Positions 56,859 to 64,000 of a DNA stretch of 64,000 nucleotides are shown here, in pieces. A program made the translations under genes and the position numbers. Position 1 is the first letter of the stretch. The number at the start of each line of letters is the position of its first letter. Source of the stretch: Candidatus Magasanikbacteria bacterium CG_4_10_14_0_2_um_filter_41_10 (GTDB lineage Bacteria; Patescibacteriota; Patescibacteriia; Magasanikbacterales; UBA922); the NCBI GenBank assembly GCA_002792995.1, contig PFPJ01000055.1, positions 293-64,292 of the forward strand, given 5' to 3'. The notes under the pieces were generated by a model. The model did not search any database. It was not told the DNA's origin and saw only the letters and a list, made by a program, of their open reading frames with translations.

Positions 56859-57414
56859 GAATCCTTTGAAACACCCCGAGCAACGTGTCGGGGTGTTTAT
56901 TGATGTCCAAAATATGTATTATTCTGCCAAAAATTTGTTTGGCAAGAAAGTCAATTTTGGGAACATCGTCCAAGAAGCTGTCGCAGGCAGAAAGCTTATT
57001 CGTGCGATTGCGTATGTGGTGAGAACGGAAAGTCAAGATGAACAACCATTTTTTGAAGCACTGTACAATCTTGGGATCGAAACGCGAGAAAAAGATTTAC
57101 AAATCTTTAGTTCTGGAAATAAAAAAGCAGATTGGGATGTTGGGCTTACTGTGGATGCGATTCGACTTGCTCCAAGCCTCGACGCTGTCGTGATTGTCTC
57201 GGGTGATGGTGATTATGTCCCTTTGGTGGAATATTTGCAAAAAAGTTCAGGCAAACAAGTAGAGGTGGTTGCGTTTGGAGAAACGACCTCAGGGTGGCTT
57301 ATCGAAAGTGCAGATGATTTTGTTGATTTGTCATTGGATCAAGCGAAGTTTACGATCCCAGATCGTACGGCAGCAAAACGACGACTCAATGGAGAAATAA
57401 AAAATTTAAAATAA
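56833..57414 (+). CDS. NYN domain (LabA-like PIN-fold) protein inserted between rpsO and pnp
   Basis: VGVFIDVQNMYYSAKNLFGKKVNFGNI...AIAYVV...VIVSGDGDYVPLVEYL matches the PF01936 pattern. The ATG at 56833 overlaps the rpsO 3' end by 26 nt. Confidence 0.7.
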   Translation: MSQKHQQNKNPLKHPEQRVGVFIDVQNMYYSAKNLFGKKVNFGNIVQEAVAGRKLIRAIAYVVRTESQDEQPFFEALYNLGIETREKDLQIFSSGNKKADWDVGLTVDAIRLAPSLDAVVIVSGDGDYVPLVEYLQKSSGKQVEVVAFGETTSGWLIESADDFVDLSLDQAKFTIPDRTAAKRRLNGEIKNLK

Positions 57415-57605
57415 TTCAATTCATCTAATAAAATTTCCAATAAGGGAAAAGAACTATTTGGCATTTTACTAGGTGAATTGAGAATTAAAAATTTGTTAAT
57501 TAAAACATGTTGATCTTGAGAAATCTAGGTCCGAGACCTGTGTATCACAAAGGTACGCGGTAACGATCTATCTTTTCCAGATCAGCACCTAAATCAAGCT
57601 GATCT

Positions 57606-59822
57606 ATGCTCGATGTAAAACAATGGTCTACCGAGTGGGGTGGACGCACGCTGACGATTGAAGTTGGCAAACTTGCACTCCAAGCGAATGCAAGCTGTAC
57701 TGTCCGATATGGCGACACGATGATATTGGCTACGGCCATCATGTCGAGTCGAAAAAGCGACATGGATTTTTTTCCGCTCTCTGTAGAGTTTCAAGAGAAA
57801 CTTTCTGCAGCAGGAAAAATCAAAGGATCTCGTTTTATGAAACGTGAAGGTCGCCCAAGTGATTGGGTTGTTTTGACTGGACGTGTGATTGATCGATCGA
57901 TTCGACCACTTTTTGATGATACGATGCGAAATGAGATTCAGGTGATTTTGACACCTCTTTCTATTGATGGCACTGCAGAAACACAAGCGGTGAGTTTGAT
58001 TGCTGCATCTACAGCACTCTCCATGTCAAATATTCCTTGGAATGGCCCTATTGGTGGTGCCGTGATTGGAAGAAAAGATGGAAATTTGATTCTCAATCCA
58101 ACTGATGAAATGCTCAAAGAAGGAGATCTCGACCTTGTTGTCGCAGGATCACCAGAAAAACTGGTGATGGTAGAAGCTGGGTCAACAGAAATTGTTGATA
58201 CCGAATTTGTCGATGCAATGAAATGGGGATGTGCAGAATTGCAACCAGTAATTGACCTGATAAAAAAGGTACAATCAGAAATCGGACAAGAAAAAGTATA
58301 TCCATCTGCAGATGCAGACGAAGCAACGGATGTTGCAGATGCAAAAAAGAAAGCAGAAGCATTCCTCGCATCGGTTGCTGATACCATGATCTTTGATTCT
58401 GTAAAAACAGGACGAAAAGAACGAGTCGCAATGGTAAGTGCTATCGAAGAAGCAACCAGTGCACACCTGCTCGAACAAGGGGTAGAAGAAGATATCGTAA
58501 AACTTGCATTGAAAAAAGTAAGTTATCTTGTTGGAGCTGAAATTACCAAACGAATTTTAGAAAAAGACCAACGACTTGATGGACGAACACTTACTGAAGT
58601 TCGCCCACTCAATATCGAAGTAGATCTCATTCCTCGTGTTCATGGCTCTGCTATGTTTATGCGCGGTGATACACAAGTCCTGACGACAGTCACCCTTGGG
58701 GCTCCTGGAGATATTCAGCTACTCGACGATATGATGGAAGACGGTCTGAAACGATACATGCACCATTATTCTGATGCGCCATTTACGTATGGTGAAACAG
58801 GATGGATGCGTGGACCAAGTCGACGAGCTATCGGGCACGGTGCACTCGCAGAGCGCGCTGTTGAACCAATGCTTCCACTCGAAGCATCTTTTCCATACGC
58901 TATTCGTACGACCAGTGAAGTGCTCGGATCCAATGGATCGAGTTCTATGGCATCGACGTGTGCATCGACACTGTCACTCATGGCAGCGGGTGTTCCACTC
59001 ATCAAACCTGTTGCAGGTATTGCGATGGGGCTTGCGTCTGACCTCGAAGGAACAGGCAAATGGAAAGTATTGACTGACCTCCAAGATGTAGAAGATGGCA
59101 AAGGTGGTATGGACTTCAAGATCGCAGGAACCGTAGACGGTATTACTGCTGTTCAGATGGATACGAAAACACAAGGATTGACATGGGATATTGTGGAACA
59201 AGCATTTGCTCAGTCTGTTGTTGCTCGCCGAGATATTTTGGCACAAATGAAGGCTGTGATCGCAGAACCACGAGCAGAACTTTCTGAATATGCACCACGT
59301 ATTGTCACCATTCAAATTGATCCAGAAAAAATTGGAGATATTATTGGACCTGGTGGAAAGACAATCAAGAAGCTTACGGCAGATACCGGAGTCACAATCG
59401 ACATCGAACAAGATGGTCGTGTGCTTCTTACGTCAAACGACGCTGATGCTATGGCAGAAGCAGTGCGCCAGATTGAGATGATTACAAAGACGGTCGAAGC
59501 TGGAGAAATCTATGATGGAGAAGTCGTTCGTATTGAAGACTTCGGAGCTTTCGTATCACTTACCCCAAATAAAGACGGTCTGGTTCACGTGAGTGAAATC
59601 TCATGGGAGCGCACTGATAAACCAAGCGATGTTCTCAAACTTGGGCAGAAAGTAAAAGTAAAAGTAAAAGAAATTGATAATCTTGGTCGTGTGAATCTGA
59701 CCATGAAGGAACTCACCGAAAAGCCAGAAGGTTACGTCCCTCCACCACCGCGACCACCACGGACTGGTGGCGACCGCAACGGTGGATCTCGTGGACCACG
59801 AAAATCATTTGGAGGACGGTAG
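57606..59822 (+). CDS. pnp: Polynucleotide phosphorylase with a C-terminal Pro/Arg/Gly-rich tail
   Basis: Two RNase PH domains, KH and S1 domains, and the tail PPPPRPPRTGGDRNGGSRGPRKSFGGR. Confidence 0.95.
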   Translation: MLDVKQWSTEWGGRTLTIEVGKLALQANASCTVRYGDTMILATAIMSSRKSDMDFFPLSVEFQEKLSAAGKIKGSRFMKREGRPSDWVVLTGRVIDRSIRPLFDDTMRNEIQVILTPLSIDGTAETQAVSLIAASTALSMSNIPWNGPIGGAVIGRKDGNLILNPTDEMLKEGDLDLVVAGSPEKLVMVEAGSTEIVDTEFVDAMKWGCAELQPVIDLIKKVQSEIGQEKVYPSADADEATDVADAKKKAEAFLASVADTMIFDSVKTGRKERVAMVSAIEEATSAHLLEQGVEEDIVKLALKKVSYLVGAEITKRILEKDQRLDGRTLTEVRPLNIEVDLIPRVHGSAMFMRGDTQVLTTVTLGAPGDIQLLDDMMEDGLKRYMHHYSDAPFTYGETGWMRGPSRRAIGHGALAERAVEPMLPLEASFPYAIRTTSEVLGSNGSSSMASTCASTLSLMAAGVPLIKPVAGIAMGLASDLEGTGKWKVLTDLQDVEDGKGGMDFKIAGTVDGITAVQMDTKTQGLTWDIVEQAFAQSVVARRDILAQMKAVIAEPRAELSEYAPRIVTIQIDPEKIGDIIGPGGKTIKKLTADTGVTIDIEQDGRVLLTSNDADAMAEAVRQIEMITKTVEAGEIYDGEVVRIEDFGAFVSLTPNKDGLVHVSEISWERTDKPSDVLKLGQKVKVKVKEIDNLGRVNLTMKELTEKPEGYVPPPPRPPRTGGDRNGGSRGPRKSFGGR

Positions 59823-59931
59823 CATTATAGACAATAATTATATATAAGAAAGTTCTCCTTAGGAGAGCTTTCTTATTTGACGAATAATAACTTCGGAAGT
59901 AGTATGATATTAGAAATTGAGAATGAGTAGT

Positions 59932-60534
59932 ATGTTCTCAGGTATTATACAATCAATTGCACCCATTTCGTCTCTCAAAAAAAATGAGCATGGTGCAACA
60001 CTCGCACTTCATTTCAACGAAGCGTTGCTTCGTGATCTCAACATTGGTGCGAGTGTGTCTGTAGCAGGAGTGTGTCTGACGGTGATAAACATTGAAAATA
60101 ATACTGTATCATTTGACCTTACCGAAGAAACACTCACTGTAACTACACTTGCAAATTTGAAAGAATTAGACGTTCTAAACATAGAACGATCAATAAAAGT
60201 CGGAGATGAAATCGGTGGACATCTTCTCTCCGGTCATGCACATAGCATTGCAACTCTTCTTGAAAAGAATGATAATGGTATATTGAAATTTCAACTGCCG
60301 GAAGAACTCAAAAAATTTGTGATAGAAAAGGGATTCATCGCACTCAATGGAGCAAGTCTTACTGTCATTGATTATGATATTGCATCTGGAACGTTTTCAG
60401 TCGCATTTATTCCTGAGACACTTCGGGCGACAACGTTTGGAACCTTGCATGTTGGAGATTACGTGAATGTGGAGGTAGATCAGCAGACACGAGCAGTCGT
60501 CGAGACCGTAGAACGAGTTTTGGCCCAGAGATAA
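59932..60534 (+). CDS. ribE: Riboflavin synthase alpha subunit
   Basis: MFSGIIQSIA...GASVSVAGVCLTV...GHLLSGHAHS...GASLTVID spans two lumazine-binding repeats. The ATG at 59932 was preferred over the TTG at 59917. Confidence 0.85.
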   Translation: MFSGIIQSIAPISSLKKNEHGATLALHFNEALLRDLNIGASVSVAGVCLTVINIENNTVSFDLTEETLTVTTLANLKELDVLNIERSIKVGDEIGGHLLSGHAHSIATLLEKNDNGILKFQLPEELKKFVIEKGFIALNGASLTVIDYDIASGTFSVAFIPETLRATTFGTLHVGDYVNVEVDQQTRAVVETVERVLAQR

Positions 60535-60575
60535 GCCTTGATTTTTCTTGCAATGTGTGGTTTACTGTGCCCCAT

Positions 60576-60660
60576 GCCGACGTGGTGAAATTGGTATACA
60601 CGCCTGCCTTAGGAGCAGGTACCGAAAGGTGTGAGAGTTCGAGTCTCTCCGTCGGCACCA
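60576..60660 (+). tRNA. tRNA-Leu (anticodon TAG), class II, with encoded CCA
   Basis: GCCGACG / GTG-AAATTGGTATA-CAC / CCTGC-CTTAGGA-GCAGG / variable arm / GAGAG-TTCGAGT-CTCTC / CGTCGGC-A-CCA. Confidence 0.9.
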
Positions 60661-60702
60661 ATAGCATAAGTTGAAAAAAGAGATAACTTTTATTCCAATC
60701 CA

Positions 60703-62142
60703 ATGAAACAGCACGTTGTGGAAAAAGGAATATCCATCTCATTGATTATCCCGGCTAAAAATGAAGAAGCCTATCTTCGTGCATGTTTAGATTCAGTAGC
60801 ACAACAGACGCTTCATCCGATAGAGATCATTGTGGTAGATAATGGAAGTACGGACAACACAGCAGACATCGTGAAATCGTATGACGGTGTTGTATATATT
60901 CATGAACCCAGACCAGGACTGCCACAGGCTCGGCAAGCTGGACTTGACGCCTCAACTGGTTCTTGGCTTGTGTATATTGATGCAGATTCTCGATTGCCAA
61001 AGGATTACCTTGAACAAATTGTGAATGCACTAGATGGGCAAGCTGATGTTGTCGCCGTGAGCAATCCATCACGATTTTATGATGGCACACGAGTACTCGA
61101 TGTATTTATCCGTTTGTTCTTTTTTAACTTTTCAGTATTAGCACGATTGGGATTGGTTCGATTTATTTTTGGAGGAAGTTTTGCTATTCGAAGAACAGCA
61201 CTTGTTGATTTGGGAGGGTTTAATACTGATATTCATTTTTATGGTGAAGACACTGATCTAACGAGACGGATGCAAGATGTAGGTCGTATTGTCTATGTAC
61301 CTGATGCGTGGAATAGTACTTCGGCAAGGCGATATAAAGAATTGGGATTTTGGAAAACCATCTGGTATTATGCATCCGTCTATATGCGTATGTCGGTATT
61401 TGATATGGTTCATTCATTTTTTTTTGCGGATCGTTCATTTGTTATACGACGTGTGTTTGCAGCGTTTGCTATCGTCGTAAGCACCATTACGTTTTATGGT
61501 TTTTTTAGCCCAGCATCTCAAGTGTTTGGAAAAACAGAACGAACGTTGCCATTGCAAGAAATTTCAGAAAAAACAGTTGCCTTAACGTTTGATGATGGCC
61601 CGAATGGTACGTATACTGAACAAGTGTTGGATATATTGGAACGAGAACAAATTCACGCTACATTTTTTCTTATTGGAAAAAATGCTGAAGCCTATCCAGA
61701 CATTGTAAAAAGAATAGCGTCAGACGGAGATGTGATTGGAAATCATAGTTATTCACATTCATTTTTTCTCCCATTTTATCAAGAGAAAAAGGCTGAACAA
61801 GAACTTGCTCTTACCAACACGATCATTACCGATGAGACAGGCGTCACGCCGACATTATTTCGTCCTCCACATGGGTGGAAAACACCACACCTATTACATG
61901 CCGCCAGAAAAGAAGGATTGACCGTTGTGACATGGAATGACATGACTATTGATTATGTTGCATATGTAAAATCAGGAAAGATTGCAAAGGAAATATTGGA
62001 AGGGGTAAAACCTGGTTCGATAATTGTATTGCATGATGGATTGAATCTGCTCAGTGATATTGATCGACGGCAAACGATTGATGCCTTGGAAGTTATTATA
62101 AAAACATTGAAAGAAGAAGGATATTCGTTTGTGACCCTATAG
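60703..62142 (+). CDS. Fusion protein: N-terminal family 2 glycosyltransferase, TM segments, C-terminal polysaccharide deacetylase (NodB homology, CE4)
   Basis: ISLIIPAKNEE, IVVDNGSTDNT and VYIDADS (GT2); hydrophobic middle region; TFDDGPNGTYT...IGNHSYSH...LFRPPHG (CE4 motifs). Confidence 0.75.
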   Translation: MKQHVVEKGISISLIIPAKNEEAYLRACLDSVAQQTLHPIEIIVVDNGSTDNTADIVKSYDGVVYIHEPRPGLPQARQAGLDASTGSWLVYIDADSRLPKDYLEQIVNALDGQADVVAVSNPSRFYDGTRVLDVFIRLFFFNFSVLARLGLVRFIFGGSFAIRRTALVDLGGFNTDIHFYGEDTDLTRRMQDVGRIVYVPDAWNSTSARRYKELGFWKTIWYYASVYMRMSVFDMVHSFFFADRSFVIRRVFAAFAIVVSTITFYGFFSPASQVFGKTERTLPLQEISEKTVALTFDDGPNGTYTEQVLDILEREQIHATFFLIGKNAEAYPDIVKRIASDGDVIGNHSYSHSFFLPFYQEKKAEQELALTNTIITDETGVTPTLFRPPHGWKTPHLLHAARKEGLTVVTWNDMTIDYVAYVKSGKIAKEILEGVKPGSIIVLHDGLNLLSDIDRRQTIDALEVIIKTLKEEGYSFVTL

Positions 62143-62147
62143 ACACT

Positions 62148-62438
62148 ATGAATACGCAAGACGCACGATATCTTTCTGCATCTCTGCGAGGAGATAGTAT
62201 GCCTACAGTAGATTTGCATACAGCGTCATCTCCTGGTGATGCTGATATGCAACTTGAAAAGGCTTTATTTTTTTTTGTTTCTCACCATGAGCAGGCATGT
62301 CGTGTGGTGCATGGAATAGGGGAAGGAGTCCTTACCAAGATGGTACATCGTGTATTAACAAAAAATCCTCTGGTGGAGGATTTTCAATTATCTGCTGATG
62401 GGGGCAGTACCATTGTGTTGCTTGGTTCTATTCGATAG
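62148..62438 (+). CDS. Smr domain protein
   Basis: TVDLH...ALEKAL...CRVVHGIGEGVLTKMVHRVL matches the Smr core. Confidence 0.65.
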   Translation: MNTQDARYLSASLRGDSMPTVDLHTASSPGDADMQLEKALFFFVSHHEQACRVVHGIGEGVLTKMVHRVLTKNPLVEDFQLSADGGSTIVLLGSIR

Positions 62439-63072
62439 GCAATACGCGTATTGCTTCTATCGTACCCTCGAGATCATACGGGGCTTTGTCCCATGTTGTG
62501 TAGGTAAGTTCACGATCGCCAGAGAATTGGACATCATCTGTAAAGGCAGTACAGACACTTCCACAGGAAAAGTTCACTTTTGCATCATACAATAGTGTAT
62601 CACCGGTTTTCATATTCAGGACGCCTATTTTTGTGAGCAGGGGATATTCTTGTTGTGAAATTTCAACAAAGGCAAGTCTGTCTCCTGTATCGTTCCATAC
62701 GAGCGGACCTACACCGTCGATGATACTTCCATATATATATTCTGCGCTGCTAAATGACTCCGCTCCTATTTCGTATACATGAACGCCGGCTTCATTTGTA
62801 AATGCAAGCATTTTTTTATCTTTTGACAGAACAGGTGGAATGGCAGAACACGTTGATGCCATTGTTACACCGAGAGGAACTTCAACAGGAATGCCATTTT
62901 CAACGAGTTCATACGAAAAACAAGATCCTTCATCAGCATGTTGCACAATTTCTCTTGACGATGGATCGGATGGAAGGACTTTTTCTGGTGTGTTATTGGT
63001 TTGTTGTGGCAAAGAAGATCCACAACCACTCAGCGTAAGGAGAGCCACAAAAACGAAAAAGAGGTGTTTCAT
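62428..63072 (-). CDS. Hypothetical lipoprotein
   Basis: MKHLFFVFVALLTLSGCGSS lipobox; soluble mature domain with 4 Cys. Confidence 0.5.
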   Translation of the reverse strand: MKHLFFVFVALLTLSGCGSSLPQQTNNTPEKVLPSDPSSREIVQHADEGSCFSYELVENGIPVEVPLGVTMASTCSAIPPVLSKDKKMLAFTNEAGVHVYEIGAESFSSAEYIYGSIIDGVGPLVWNDTGDRLAFVEISQQEYPLLTKIGVLNMKTGDTLLYDAKVNFSCGSVCTAFTDDVQFSGDRELTYTTWDKAPYDLEGTIEAIRVLPIE

Positions 63073-63078
63073 ATAGTA

Positions 63079-63546
63079 TTAGTAATGATATTTCCCTTTG
63101 CCTATCATGACACTTCTATACACCTGTTCCAACAAAATCGTTCGCACCATGTTGTGAGGAAACGTGAGTTGTGAAAGCGAAAGTTGCAAGTGTGCTTTTT
63201 CAAGAATGCTTTTGTGGAGCCCAAGTGGACCCCCAATAACAAACGTCACAGGCAAGCCTTGCTCTGTTTTTTTCTCGAGCAGCGTCGCAAGTTCTGGAGA
63301 TGTCATCTCTTTTCCACGCTCGTGAAGTGCAATGATCACTGGATGGTCGCCTGCTGTTTTTAAGATTTTTTCAGCCTCCTTTTTCTGAATGTTTTCTCGT
63401 TCATTGACAGAAGAAAATGCTTCTTCCTTCAATTCTGTGAGAGTTATTTTTGCATAGGGTGTTAGACGCTTGAGATATTCTGCCTCAGCATCTTTCCAGT
63501 ACGTTTCTTTCAATTTTCCGAGAGTGATTATTTGTATGTTGAACAT
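63079..63546 (-). CDS. rlmH: 23S rRNA (pseudouridine1915-N3)-methyltransferase RlmH (SPOUT)
   Basis: MFNIQIITLGKLKETYWKDAEAEYLKRL...VIGGPLGL matches RlmH. Confidence 0.85.
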   Translation of the reverse strand: MFNIQIITLGKLKETYWKDAEAEYLKRLTPYAKITLTELKEEAFSSVNERENIQKKEAEKILKTAGDHPVIIALHERGKEMTSPELATLLEKKTEQGLPVTFVIGGPLGLHKSILEKAHLQLSLSQLTFPHNMVRTILLEQVYRSVMIGKGKYHY

Positions 63547-63560
63547 AGTGTGAATAAATT

Positions 63561-63711
63561 CCTCCCCTACCAGGGGAGGTTAGGAGGGGTCTTCGAAGTG
63601 TGTATACATATATATAAAGTATATCGTATCTCGAAGAAAAATAATGTTCATATAGTTTGTACATTGTGTTTCTTGCAAAAGACCCCCTCTAGCTCCCCCT
63701 GATAGGGGGAG
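63561..63711. mobile_element. MITE-like 151-bp element: 34-bp GC-rich terminal inverted repeats, each with an internal hairpin, flanking a ~85-bp AT-rich core
   Basis: Left CCTCCCCT-ACC-AGGGGAGG-TTA-GGAGGGGTCTTC (63561-63594). The right end's reverse complement is CTCCCCC-TATC-AGGGGGAG-CTA-GAGGGGGTCTTC (63678-63711). The element fills the rlmH-GNAT intergenic space exactly. Confidence 0.35.
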
Positions 63712-63714
63712 AGT

Positions 63715-64000
63715 CTACACATGTATCCACCAGCGCATAAGGGGACCGCCATGCATCTCTGAATCAATAGTATCTTGGTGTACCCCACCAAATTTTTGAA
63801 TAACTTTTTGTGATACGATATTGTGTGTATCACACGTGACCAGCAGTTTTTTTAAGCCAAGCTTTTTTGCTTCTTCGAGTACTTGCTGCACCGCCCATGT
63901 CCCAACACCTTTTCCCCTTGCCTCTGGTATCAAATAGTACCCGAGATGGCCTCCATAATGCATCAGATGTTCGTTTAGCTCATGTCTCAAGGATACACGT
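63715..64000 (-). CDS. GNAT family N-acetyltransferase, C-terminal part; the N-terminus lies beyond the window end
   Basis: Motif A ...IPEARGKGVGTWAVQQVLEEAKKLGLKKL... Confidence 0.6.
   Translation of the reverse strand, partial: RVSLRHELNEHLMHYGGHLGYYLIPEARGKGVGTWAVQQVLEEAKKLGLKKLLVTCDTHNIVSQKVIQKFGGVHQDTIDSEMHGGPLMRWWIHV

Noticed and set aside
60407-60742. 111-aa minus-strand ORF spanning tRNA-Leu
   Set aside because: It overlaps a confidently folded tRNA gene and the riboflavin synthase 3' end. There is no supporting signal.
1-64000. CRISPR arrays, prophage, integrase, transposase or toxin-antitoxin pairs
   Set aside because: I scanned both strands for regularly spaced direct repeats and for recombinase-, capsid- or terminase-like ORFs and found none. 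The only repeat families are the short motifs reported above.

Overview
This is an AT-rich (roughly 36-40% GC by eye) bacterial chromosome segment that begins at the replication origin. A partial dnaA runs off the left edge on the minus strand, followed by tandem DnaA-box-like 9-mers and then rpmH-rnpA-yidD. The backbone is housekeeping: tig, comM, rmuC, ychF, a type IV pilus operon (pilB-pilC-pilM-pilN-pilO), rpsF-ssb-rpsR, a RumA-like m5U methyltransferase, recA, ftsK, rpoB-rpoC, yebC-ruvC, rpsO-(NYN)-pnp, ribE and rlmH. There are three tRNAs: Arg-CCT, Ser-CGA and Leu-TAG. A cell-envelope glycan cluster is present (flippase, GT2, O-antigen-ligase-like, SpoIID, a GT2-deacetylase fusion), along with several secreted or surface proteins. 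Compact gene arrangement, low GC and gene content are compatible with a reduced-genome lineage such as Patescibacteria/CPR, but that is inference only. The striking feature is a mosaic of at least eight discrete GC-rich (about 55-65% GC) single-gene insertions. They encode secreted, lipoprotein or membrane proteins at 1878-2420, 8058-8669, 10237-10846, 31959-32447, 43574-44362, 44661-45833, 55356-56054 and 56125-56313. There is also one GC-rich, apparently non-coding structured stretch at 23040-23424. Two of the insertions sit in tandem between ftsK and rpoB, inside near-identical promoter and terminator scaffolds, which gives a cassette-like array. I saw no integrase, transposase, CRISPR array or phage structural genes anywhere in the window.
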